Of a stretch of 42,250 nt of DNA, positions 11,814 through 23,701 are shown piece after piece. The position numbers and the translations under genes are program-made. The notes under the pieces were generated by a model, which saw nothing but the letters and a program-made list of their open reading frames with translations, ran no database searches and was not told where the DNA came from. How positions within the stretch are numbered: the stretch's first letter is position 1; each line of letters opens with the position of its first letter. The DNA is from Parvularia atlantis (lineage: Eukaryota): contig CALSCO010000655.1 of the NCBI GenBank assembly GCA_943704415.1, positions 1 through 42,250 on the forward strand, written 5' to 3'.

Positions 11814-14800
11814 ATGGGCGCGGGCCAAAGTCGGCCGCGCATCGGCCTCGTCGCCGGCGACGACGCGGGCGGCGCGACCGCGGGCGGCGCCAGCAGCGGT
11901 GGCGGCGGCATGCGCCAGCGCAACGCGACCATGCGCCTCGTCACGCCGCAGCCCCCGAGCGACCAGCTCAACAAGATGTTCGATCTGTTGCTCGAGGTGC
12001 GCGGGCCGCCGGGCGCGCACGCGCCGCCCTCACGGCGCGGCCCGCCTCCCCGCGCGCGCGCACCAGGACCTCAACCTGCCCGGGGACAAGAAGGAGCAGA
12101 TGCGCCAGTACGACGACGCCCGCAAGTGGGCGATGATGCAGGCAACGCTCAAGGACCAAGTGCGCGCGCGGTTGCTCGGAAGGGCACCACGCGCGCCGCC
12201 GCTCACACGTCCGCCGCCGCCGCCGCCGCCGCGCGCGCGCGCGCCCAGGGCACGAGCGACCTCGAGCCGTCCGAGGAAGAGATCCGCAACGAGGTCAACA
12301 ATCTCCGCAACAGCCCGACCAAGGAGCTGCTCCAGTCCATGTCCATCTCGCTGCGCTCGCGGCCGATCCGGTGCGGGCCCACGCCGCGCCCTCACAGCGC
12401 GCGCGGCGCACCTGACCCGCGTGGCCCGCGCTTGCAGCTGGGTGAGCAAGTTCGCCGAGCAGCAGGGCATCTCGGTGCTGCTCAAGTACCTGATCAACAT
12501 GGACGACAAGGCCAAGTGCGACAGCGGCCCGCACGCGCCGCACGGCCGCGCGCTGGCTGACGGCCGCCGCAGGGAGGACGGCCACGAGGAGCTCGTGATC
12601 AAGTGCCTCAAGTCGCTCATGAACAACTCGGTGCGCGCGCGGTGGCGGATGCGCGGTGGCGGCCCGGCCTCAACGCGACGTGTCAGTACGGCCTCACGGC
12701 GGTGATGGCCAACGCGGACTCGATCAACACGATCGCGCTGTCGCTGCGCTCGAGCAAGATCAAAGTCGTGACGATGGTGCTCGAGATCCTCGGCGCCGTG
12801 TGCCTCATCCCGCACGGCCACAAGCGCATCCTCGAGGGTGCGAGCCGCGCCGGCCGCCCTTGCTCGCAGTGCGCTCACGGGTCCGCGGCGTGCGCAGCGA
12901 TGGACAACCTGCGCAAGGTCTCGCGCCGCAAGCGCCGCTTCGCCATCGTCGTCGACTGCCTCGGCCTGGAGGACCAGAACTACGACCGGCGCACGAACCT
13001 GCAGGTGCGCACACATGGTGACGCGTGTCGGGCTAGCCGACGGCTGACGCGTCCCGTGTGCAGATCGCCTGCATGTCGTTTATTAACGTCGTCATCTCGT
13101 TTGGCCCGGGCAAGGAGCAGGACTTCAGGATACACGTGCGCAACGAGTTTTTTGACTGCGGCCTGGAGGAGCACATTGAGGCACACCTTTCACGCGCATT
13201 ACGCCGTCGCGGCCGACGTTCTCACACACGTGCGCGCGCCGCAGTACCTCGAGACGGTCGCCGAGAGCGACATCCTCAAGCGCCAGCTCAAGATCTTCAT
13301 CCAGAAGGCCAAGGCCGACAAGGACGCGCTCGCCGAGAAGTACGACAAGCGTCGCATCGACTCGTCGTGCGTGGCCCGGCCCTGTGCGCGGGGCCCCGCT
13401 CACGTGCGGGCGCCAGGGACACGATGGAGCTCTACAACACGATCATGTACTCGCTCAACAACTCGTCCGGCATGTCGTACTTCCGCTCGCTGCTCGAGCA
13501 CATCCTCCTGTTCCCGATCAACCCCGTGCGCCGGTGCGTGCGCCGCGTGTTCTTGCTTGGCCGCGCCTGCCGACGCCGCCGCGCCGCAGGCCCGTCTACT
13601 TCCGCTTCCTCGACCGCATCGCGCAGCAGCTCGTGCTGCAAAAGGACGGCGACGATCCGGACCTGGTCGCGTTCTCGGTGCGAGCGCGCGAATGAGTGCT
13701 TCGCAACGCGTCTAATCGCCCGCTCGCCCGCAGGAGTTTGACGTCAAGTCGATCATCGACAACTGGGTCAACGAGGAGAAGGTCAAGGACGCCACGACCA
13801 AGCGCGAGGCGGCCGAGAAGAAGGCGAAGGAGGCGGGCAAGACGATCGAGTCGGTCAAGACCGAGGCCAACGCGGCGATCGGTGCGTGCTCGCACAGGCG
13901 CGGCCGGTTGTGCTGACCGTGCGCCGCGCACGACACAACGTGCGCAGAGAAGGCCAAGAAAGAGGCCAGCGACGCCATCGTTGCCGGGAACGAGGCCAAG
14001 GTCAAGGCCAACTCGCTTGAGCGCGAGGTCGCCAAGCTGCAGACCTTGCTCAAGGAGCGCTTCGAGAACCAGGCCGACGCCACGGCCATTCTCAACAAGC
14101 TCAACGAGCAGGTGCGCTCGCCCACTCCGCGGCTGTGCGCGCTGACGTCTGCCCTGCCAGGCGCTCGCCGAGGCCAAGGCCGCCAACCCGCTCAACATCA
14201 ACGCCGACGGACTTGCCTCGTCTGGCCCCGCGTTTGCATCCGGTCTCAGCCTGGATGTGCGCGTGCTTGCTGTCACCTGTACCAGTCGCTCACGCGCGCG
14301 CCGCAGGACCTTGGCAGCGGCGGCCTGCCGCCCCCGCCGCCCCCGCCACCGGACATGGGCTCCGGGGGCCCGCCGCCGCCGCCGCCACCACCACCGCCGG
14401 GCGGTGGTCCCCCGCCACCGCCGCCACCGCCCGGCGCGCCGCCGCCACCTGGCGCGCCGCCTGCCCCCGGCTTTGCCCGTGCGTGCGCCTTGCGGGGCTA
14501 TGGCGTGTGCTGACGCCGCGAGCCGCCGACGTGCAGCGGTGGGAGGCCTCCCCGAGAAGAAGAAGAAGCTGTCGGAGAAGGCGCTCAAGCCGTTCAACTG
14601 GGCCAAGCTGCCCAACCACGCCATCAAGGGCGTGCGTTGCACCACTGTCGCACGGCGCGTGCGACACTCACGCACGGCACGCCGCAGACGATCTGGTCGG
14701 AGATTAACGACGAGCCCGTGCTGAAGCAGCTCAAGCCTGAGTACGGCCAGATGGAGGAGCTCTTCAGCGTGTACACGCCCGTCGACAGTGACAAGGTTGC

Positions 14801-16694
14801 CGACTCTGGTGCGTACTGGCCCTGGTCGACGCGTGCGCGCGCTGTCTGTGCTCATTCGCGCGCCTGTGCGCAGTTACGAGCCTCGAGAAGCAGGGCCCGA
14901 AGGAGATCCAGGTGCTGGACGCGCGCAAATCGCAGAACCTGAGTGCGTGCGCCCCTGGCCGCCTGTCTGTTCGACGTCTCTCACACGCATGCACATGCGC
15001 ACACCCGCAGGCATCCTGCTCAAGACGCTCAACCTCACGCCGGCCGAGATTAAGAAGGCCGTGCTCGCGCTCGACGAGTACGTCTTGCCGCGGCACGTCG
15101 TCGACCAGCTGCTCAAGTACATCCCGACGGACGAGGAGGTGCGTCCGCGCTTGCGCACGCAGCGTGGCACCGCACACGCCTCGCCCCTGCGCCCAGATCG
15201 CGTCCATCCGCGAGCACGAGAAGGAGTTTGACAAGCTCGGCCAGCCCGAGAAGTTTTACTACGAGATGTCCAAGATCAGGCGCTACGGCCCGCGGCTCGA
15301 GTGCTTCTACTTCAAGCGCATGTTTGAAGAGCGCATCGTCGACATCCAGAAGGTGCGGACACGGTGTGCGTGCGGCGCTGACGGCGCGTGCGCGCGGCTG
15401 GGCAGGGCACCTCCGCGATGCTCGAGGCGGCCACGGACGTGTACACGTCCAAGCGCTTCCGCAAGATGCTCGAGGTTATCCTTGCTGTCGGCAACTACCT
15501 CAACTCGGGCTTCCGCGGCGGCGCGTACGGCTTCAAGATCGACGCGATCCTCAAGGTGCGACGGCGGCGGCGCGCGCGGGCGCGTGTGGCTTGACTGCCT
15601 GCGCTGCCGCAGATGACCGAGACGAAGACGTCGCTGTACGGCGGCAAGCACACGCTCCTGCACTACCTGTACGAGGTCGTGGAGAAGAACTTCAAAGACC
15701 TGGGCAAGTTTGTGGACGACCTGCAGCACGTGGCCCAGGGCGCCAAGGGTGCGTACCGAGGGCGCGGGCGCGTTGCGGGCGCTGACGGTTCGGCGCCGGC
15801 GCAGTGTCGCTGCCCGCGCTCAAGACCGAGATGGCCCAGCTGCGCAAGGCACGCTGCCTCGCGCGGGCGCGCGGTGGCACGCAGGCTGACCGTCGCCTCA
15901 AAGAGCATTACGTCGCTGCGCGCGGAGCTCGAGGTGCGCAAGGACGACCCGATCCAGCCGGACGATGACTTCATGTCGGTGATGAAGGTGCGGGCGGGCG
16001 CGGCGCGAGGGCGTGCGGGCGTGGGGCTGACGCAGCTTGTGCGCGCGCGTGCACAGAACTTTTACGCCGAGGCCAGCCGCACGGCCGAGAAGCTCGAGGG
16101 CGAGTACGCCAAGGCCGAGGCCAAGTTTGCCGAGCTTGTGCAGCTCTTTGGCGAGGACCCAAAGGCGATGACGCCCGAGGAGTTCTTCGGCATCTTCTCG
16201 CGCTTCGTCAACAACTGGGTCGTGGCCGGCGAGGAGCTGAAGGAGTGGCGCGCCAAGGATCTGGCCGAGCAGAGCCGGGCCAAGCTGGTGCGCTCGACTG
16301 CCCCGCGCTGTGTCCGCTCACGTGGCATGCGCGTGCAGGGCCCAAAGACGCGCAGCAAAGAGAACGTCAACGCGGTGTCGGCGGGTGCGGACGGGCAGCT
16401 GGACGACCTCATCAGCGTGCTCAGGACAGGCGAAGGTGCGGCTGATGGTGCTCGCGTCGACGAAGCGCGCTCACGATCGCGCCGCACGCACGCAGCCTTC
16501 ACGGAGCAGTATGAGTCGGGTGATGCCGCGCCCGCGTCCGAGAAGAAGAAGCCCGCGAAGAAGAAGGCCGTAGGAACTGTTGCCAAAAAGGGCAACGGGG
16601 TCGGTGCGTGCCCGGGTGTTTTGCGATCGGCCGCGCGACGGCCGCTGAGCCCGCGCGCGCAGAGCTGGGGCAGCTGGACCGCTCGGAGGAGTGA
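11814..16694 (+). CDS. Diaphanous-related formin of DAAM type (GBD/FH3-FH1-FH2-DAD), about 27 introns
   Basis: FH3 motifs CLKSLMNN and SINTIALSL...VLEILGAVCLIPHGHKRIL; polyproline FH1 at about 14326-14470; FH2 motifs LKPFNWAKLP, LDARKSQNL and ILAVGNYLNSG; DAD GQLDDLISVLRTGEAF. N-terminus is MGAGQS. Confidence 0.92.
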
Positions 16695-17211
16695 GTGAGG
16701 CGCGTGAGTCGTTGTGCGTTCGTCGTGCGAAATTGTCAGAGCGATTTGCGGAGTCAATCTTCCCAATGAGCATCAGGCGTCTTCCGCCGCCCATGCGCCG
16801 CTGCCGCGCTGCCCGTGCGCGTCTCCTCTCCCACTCGTTCCGGCCGCGGTCCGCGCACGCCGTGCGCTCACTCGCGCTCGTCGCTCGCGCTGGGCAGTGC
16901 CGCGTGGCATGGCCCGTAGGTCTTTTTCCGGCTCTTCAGTGTCCCGTTGGCTGCCTTCGTCACCCGCTCTTTTCTCCTCCCTCCACTCTCGCGCGCGCGA
17001 CGCCGCACCCCACACCGCGCCGTTGCGCGGACCCCCTCTGCCTGCGTGCACGCGCGGGGTCGGTCACATCAGCGCGCGCCTCCAAAACGCTACGTTTCAG
17101 CTGAGTCGCGGCCGCGTCGCAGGAGGCCGGCGTCGCCCCTCCGTTCCTTTCCCGCCACCCTCCAAGCCAGCGCGCGCACCCACGGCCGCCAGCCGCCTGC
17201 CAGCCGCAACA

Positions 17212-20200
17212 ATGCTGTCGGTGGCGCTGCCCGCGGGGAGCGGCGCGCACCACCGCTATGGCAGCTCCGACTCGGACGCCGACTCGATCTACTTTGAGGC
17301 GAACGAGTCGCTCACTCCGCACGCGTCCAACTCGTCGACCGACCTGGTCGCGCTCGAGCGCGCGGCCCCGTCGCCCCTCCGCGCCGCCGTGCTCGCCGCC
17401 GCGCCCGCGACCGCTGTGGCCCGTGCGCCCACAGGCAGCAGCGTCGGCCTCCCCGCGGCGGTTCAGCTGGCCAGCGCGAACGACGTCACGGGCCTGCGCG
17501 CGCTCCTGGCCGCGTCGCCGCGTGCCCTGCACGAGCGCGACGCGCACAAGCGCACGGCGCTCATGGTGCGGGCGGCTTGGCACTGCGCGGAGTGGCGGTG
17601 ACAGGCCTGATGAAACGCGTCGTCGCAGGCCGCCGCCCTGGAGGGCCACGTCGCCGCAGTCGAGTTCCTGCTCGACAACAACGCCGACGTCTACGCGCGC
17701 GACCTTGGCGGCTTCACCGCGCTTATGCATGCCGTCGGCGCCAACCGCGAGCACGTCACGCGCGCACTGCTCAAGGTCGACGCGAACCCCAATGCCCAGG
17801 CGGCCAACGACGGTTCGACCGCGCTGGTGAGCCTGCCGCGCGCCAGAATACTCTCCCCCGGGCTCGTCTCACCGCCGCGCAGATGATGGCGTGCATGATG
17901 CAGCTCGAGGGCGTGGTTGATGCGCTGCTCCAGGCCAAGGCCGACCCGAACGTGATCAACAACAAGCACGAGACCGCGCTCATGTACGCCGCGCACGCCG
18001 GCCGCGTCTCGATCGTGCGCAAGCTGCTGCGCCAGGGCGGTGCGGTGCCGCGGTGGCTGAACGGGCGCCGGGACACCTGATCCGCGCGCGCCGCAGCCAA
18101 TCTGAGCGCGCTCAACCTCGAGGGCATTTCGGCGTTCGTCCACGCGACATCCAACGGCCACGTGGATGCTGCCCGCGCCCTGCTCGAGCACGCGGACGCA
18201 GCCAACGCGGCTGCCCAGGGTGCGTCCTGCTGGCCCCCGGGCGGCGACGGCTCACACGCGCGCGCGCCCCCGATCAGACGTGCCCGCGCTGCACGATCTG
18301 CCCGGCCTCGTCGAGGGCGTCTGGGACGATGCGAGCCCGCTGCACATCGCTGCCTTCACAGGTGCGGCGCGCGACCTGCGAAGGCCACGCTCACGCTGGT
18401 CGTGCTGCGGCACGTGCGCCAGGCAACGAGGCGGTCGTCGCGGCCGTCCTGGACACGCCGCTCACGCCGCTGCTACTCGCCACCAAGGTGCGCGCGCGTG
18501 TGCGATACATCGGCTGCTCGCTCAAGCGGCGCGTCCAGGGCGTGCTCTACCTCGGCTCGGTTCACAGCTCGTCGATCGACCGCATGTGGTGGCGCGACAA
18601 TGACGGCCGCACCGCGCTCATGGTCGCCGCGCTCTGCGGCCACACGGCGCTGTTTGGTGCGCGCGCTCGCGGTGCATACATCCTCCGCCTGAGTGCTCAC
18701 ACCGCTGCCTTCGCCTCGCCTCGCTCAGCGTACCTCGTGCACCGCGCCGGCAGCAACGCCGCGGGCCTTGTCGCTGCCACCGACAAGAACCACGCGACCG
18801 TCTTTGTACGCTTCCCCGCGCGTTGTTCGGCGTGCGCGGAGCTGATCGCCGCGGCCTGCAGCACTACATCGCCCAGAAGGGCACGGTCGACATCCTCGGC
18901 TTCATCCGCTCCAGCAGCGCGCTCAGCACCGCAGCCCTGCCGCTGGACGCGGTGGACGTGCGCCGCGGCACGGCGATCACCGTGGCGGCCTCGATCGGGT
19001 GCGTTTCGCCACCGACGGGCGCCGTCGTACTCGGCCTCACACGAGCACGCGCGCGCGCGCGCGCGCGCACAACAGTCATCTGGACGTCGTCAATGCGCTG
19101 CTCGCCATGGGCGCGCAGGCGCAGTTTAGCGGCCACGGCACAACGCCGCTCATCGCCGCGTGCCAGGGTACGTGCTCGCAGCAAGGACCACACGCTTTTT
19201 ACTGACCCGCTCGCGTGCGACAGCCGGCTGCGAGGAGGTCGCCTGCGCCCTCATCCGCCATCTGCATGGTGCGCTTTTCCATGCTGTGCACCGTGCGTAC
19301 CGCTCACGCTGCCGCACTCCCCTAGAGCGGCTCCCGCGCCAGAACCGCACGCGCCGCTCGGTTGGCAACCTCGCGCCGGAGGTTCGCTGCTGCGGCTCTG
19401 CGCGCCTGCTACTGATCAGGCGGCGCGCGCAGGTCTCGCTCGAGAGCGTGCTCAACACGACGGACGCAAACAACTGGACCGCGCTCATGTTTGCGGCCGG
19501 TGCGCCTGTCACGCGTCAACGCGTGGTCGGTCGCTCACGGCGACGCCGCGCGAACAGGCAAGAACATGTCGTCCGCGGTGAAGCAGCTCGTCGCGCGCGG
19601 TGCTGACGTGAACGTGCGCGGGCTCAATAACGGCGCAACGGCCCTGGTGCGCAGACCCGTCCGTCTCAGCGCCGCCCCGCTCACGCTCGCGGTCCAACGC
19701 AGATGCTCGCCGCGACGGGCGCGCGCGTGAGCATCGTTGAGTGCCTCATCGGCGCCGGCGCGCGCCTGCACGACCAGACGTCTAACGGCCTGACCGCGCT
19801 CGACCTGGCCCAGCAAGCCAACCGGCCGCGCCTCGTCAGCGTCTTGCGTGCCGCCGCCGGTGCGTGCAGTGCCTATGTGTGCGCTTGCGCGTGCTAAGCA
19901 TGCCGTGTGCGACACACAGAGCAACAGCAGCAACTGCAGCAGTCGCAGCAGTTGCAGGCCACCGCTGCTGACGGCATGCGCCCTGCGCAGCGCCGTCTAG
20001 GTGCCCACCCGTCGTCGAGCGCCGGACCGCTCGTCGAGGGCTACGAGCCGACGCCAGCCATCGTCGTCTCGGTCGCGTCGCAGACGGGCCTGTTTGTGAC
20101 CGCCAACGACCCGCTGTATCACGCGCGCCGGGCTCACGCGGGCGGCGACGACGACGGCACGGCGCTGATGACCTTCCCCAACACGGCCTTTGACAGCATC

Positions 20201-22687
20201 TACCGCCCGCCGGCCGCCATCTCGTCGAGCGTGTGGGCGCCGATCGGCCGCAGCATCCCCACGACCGCGCCGGCGCCGCACCAGCAGCTGGCACCGCAGT
20301 CGGCGCAGCAGGCCCAGCCGTTCATCTCGTCGTTTTCGGCCATGGCCGTCGGCGCCGCGCCGCATCTCAGCATCGGCCAGCGCGCGGGCTCGCAGGGCGT
20401 GCCGTCGGCCTACTCGGTGTCCGCCGCCTCAGCCAGCCGCAGCATCCCCGTGCCGTCGGCCAACGCGCACGCGGCCGCGCCGCCAGGCCTAACGATGCAC
20501 CCGATGCTGGGCGGCTCGCCCCCGGTGCACCCGCGCCCGACGCCGCACCCGATGGCCCGCACGATCACCCCGCCGGGCCTCGGCCGCCCGATCGCCCCAC
20601 CGCAAGCGTTCGACAGCGGCTCTGCTGCCGCCGAGAGCGGTGCCGGCAGCCGCGGCTGGCCGTCGCCGGCCAACGTCCCCGCCGCTGCCCCTCCGGCCGC
20701 CGCGGCCCCGCAGCCGGCCCCGCAGCCGCAGCAGCCGCACGTGCACAGCACCGCCAGCGCCCCGCGGCCCATCCCCGTCCCAGCCCCGGTGGCGACGTGG
20801 GCGCGCGCCGCGGCGGCCGCCGAGTCGCCGTCGGGCTCACCGCAGCAGCACCACCACGCGCATATGCCGTCGGCCGCCAGCACGCGGCGCAAGAGCAGCA
20901 GCACCCCCGCCACCGCGCCCGTGGCCATGTCGAGCACGCCGCCCGGCGGCAGCTCGGGTGCGGACGGTGGCGCGGTGGACCGCCGCCTCGACTCGGTCGG
21001 CGCGATCCGCTACAACCGCAGCCTGCGCCTCGGTGCGTACCTGCCGCCCACCTGCGACGCCCCGCTGATCAGCCCGTGCGGCTCCAGGCACGGGTAGCCA
21101 CGGCACGCAGGTGTACCAGGGCTTCTACCGCAACACGCCCGCAGCCATCAAGCGAATGCCGCGCCACTCGCACGCGGACCCGACCGGCCAGGGCGTGTCG
21201 GACCAGGCCACCGAGCGCGAGATTCAGCTGCTGATCCAGCTGTCCAAGTACCGCGGTGCGCGTCGGTCGCACGCGCGCAGGCGGCGTGCACCACTGACGC
21301 GGCTCCAACTTGCAGACGTGGTGCCCAAGAAGCTGTCGCCGCAGTCTTCCATGGACGGCGAGTCGGACGCGGCGGATGCGCAGACCAAGGCGCTGATCGC
21401 GAGTGGGCGTCACAACATCGTGCGCTACTTTGGCCGGGTGCGGCGGCTGGGGCTGTATGCGCGCGTGTGACAGCCGGGCGTTGACCGCGCGTGCCTGCAG
21501 GAGATGAACGAGGACTTTGTCTTCCTCGCGATGGAGAAGTGCCAGCACACGCTGCTCAAGCTGATCAAGGACAGCCGCTCGTCGTCCGAGTTCTTCTTCA
21601 TGCTGTACCAGGTGGCGTGCGCTGCGCTGAACTCACGCGAAGCCGTGGCTCACGCGCGCGCAGGAGCCGATCACGCTCACGACTGGCGAGCGCCTCCCGC
21701 CCGTGGCCCCGACCGAGACGGTGCACGAGAAGAGTGCGTGGGCCGCGCAGCACGCGCGCCTGTCTCCGCCGTGCTCACAGCGCCCGCAAGGCCACCCGCT
21801 GCTCGTGCGCCACATGCCGGTTGAGCAGGTGCAGGTCACGCCGACGCAGTTCACCCTGCGCATGTTGTACTCGCTCTTCCAGGGTGCGGTGGGGGGCGCG
21901 TGCTGCGACGAAACGCGTCTTCTGACGGCCGCGCGCTCCAGGCGTCGCGTTCTTGCACTCGATGAACCTGGTGCACAACGATCTCAAGCCGGCCAACATC
22001 CTCTTGACGGACAACTTTGAGTGCGTAGCCGGGGGGGAGGGGGGCACAGCAGCGCTCGCCGTGCCAGGCTCACGCCGCCGCCGCGCCGCAGGATCAAGAT
22101 CGCCGACATGGGCCTGGCCAAGACGCTGAGCGAGGACCAGTCGTCGTTCTCGTTCCAGGCCGCCGCCGACGGCTCGGTTGTGGCACCGACGGGCCTTGGC
22201 GGCTTCTTCGCCCCCGAGGTGATCCTGGAGGGTGCGTGCGCTCGCCCGACGAAGGCCGTGGAGGCGTGTGGTGCTCACACAACACACGCGCGCGCGGATC
22301 AAGGCCGCAAGACGCGCAAGGTCGACGTCTTCTCGGTGGGCTGCCTCGCGTTCTACGTGCTGACCCTAGGCGGCCACCCGTTCGAGATGTCTGGGTGCGA
22401 CGCGGCGCACGGGCGAGGGCGTGCGGCTGACGGGGGCGGTGGGCAGCGTGCGCGGCCAGCGCGACAGCAACATCATCGCGGGCCGCTACGACCTGTCGCG
22501 CCTCAACCACCTGCCGCAGGCGGCGCACCTGATCGACGCGATGATCCAGTTTGACCCGTCGAAGCGGTGCGCCTGTGCTGCACGCCGCTGCTCCAGCGTG
22601 CCCGCTCACGCGCTGCGCGTCGCGCCGAGCAGCATCTCGATGACCGAGGCGCTGCGGCACCCGCTCTTCGCCGACATGCGCGGCTAG
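17212..22687 (+). CDS. Ankyrin-repeat protein fused to an IRE1-like Ser/Thr kinase, with no KEN RNase domain
   Basis: Many ankyrin repeats (RTALMAAALEGH, FTALMHA, ETALMYAAHAGR, GTTPLIAACQ, GLTALDLA) splice in frame via intron 19860-19919 into a Gln/Pro/Ala-rich exon, then via intron 21033-21087 into the kinase: LGTGSHGTQVYQG, AIKRM, HNIVRYF, HNDLKPANILL, IADMGLAK, APE, DVFSVGCLAFYVLTLGGHPF, LRHPLF*. Confidence 0.85.
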
Positions 22688-22891
22688 AACATCTCTTCGC
22701 ATTGTCCCGCCGGCTCCAGACGAGCCGCCCGGATCCCGCGCACTTTTCCCTTGACTTGTCTTCTTGCGGCCCGAGCTGACTGTCACCCCCGCTCGTGGCT
22801 GCGCGTCCCCGTGCTCTCCTGTGCTTCTCCTCCTCTTCCCTTGCTCCGTTGTCGGACCAATCGTCGCACTTCGGTCTCAAAGAGCGCGCTG

Positions 22892-23691
22892 ATGGTCGAC
22901 CGGCCCACGCCGATCGCCGAGCTCAAGCCGGGGATGCGCAGCCTGACGTGCCAGTTCGTGGTCCTGCACAAGAGTGCGCGCGGGTGGCGTGGACGGGCGT
23001 GCGGGGACTGCGCTGACGAGAAGGGCGCAGGCGGGCCCACGAGCACGACGCGCGAGGGCAACGTCGTGCACCACCTGCTCGTGGCCGATGCCACGGCCGC
23101 GATCAACATGTCGGTCTGGGACGAGTACGGCGACCTGCTGCAGGAGGGCGACATCGTGCGCCTGACGAACGGGTGCGCGGCCGGCGCCCCGATGCGCGCG
23201 AGAGACGGCGTCGGCGTCGGCTCATCCTGCGCAACAGCCTCGCTAACCTGCACAAAAACTCGCTCAACCTGTACATCGGCAAGCTCGGGCAGCTGCGGCG
23301 CGTCGGCCGGTGGCGTGTCACGCGCGTATCGACGGTGGCCGGAGGACGGCGGCTCACGGCAGCGCGCGCGCGCGGCCCAGATACAACATGGTGTTCACCG
23401 AGACGCCCAACATGAGCACGTTCGTGCCCGCACCCGACGGCACAGTGCGCTCGCGTGCCTCGTTTGCCTCATTTGCAGCACCACTGACGCGGACAACGTG
23501 CGCAGCTCAAGCCGCCCGTCCAGAGCGCGCGTCCGCCGCAGCCGTCCGCGCCGTCCCTCGCACCGCCGCCGCAGCAGCCGCAGCCCGTCACGGGCGCGCC
23601 GCCGATGCTGCCGGGCCTGCCGCAGCCGTTGACCCGCCGACCCGGCGGACGCCAGCAGCAGCACCACGGGCCACGGCCGCCGCAGCCGTAG
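22892..23691 (+). CDS. SOSS complex subunit B (NABP/hSSB-type OB-fold ssDNA-binding protein)
   Basis: IAELKPGMRSLTCQFVVL...TREGNVVHHLLVADATAAINMSVWDEYGDLLQEGDIVRLTNG...LYIGKLGQLRRVGRYNMVFTETPNMS; Pro/Gln-rich tail; 4 introns; TAG at 23689-23691. Confidence 0.88.
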
Positions 23692-23701
23692 ATTTCGCGT
23701 G

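Noticed and set aside
14326..14470. CCG/CCA-rich repeat as a repeat array
   Set aside because: It is the ordinary polyproline FH1 domain of the formin.
16695..17211. ncRNA or hidden gene in the largest intergenic gap
   Set aside because: The pyrimidine-rich sequence fits a promoter and 5' UTR, with no tRNA, snRNA or coding signature that I could recognise.
17212..22890. A true RNase L or IRE1 orthologue
   Set aside because: There is no KEN RNase domain after the kinase and no luminal or TM region, so it is reported only as an architectural analogue.
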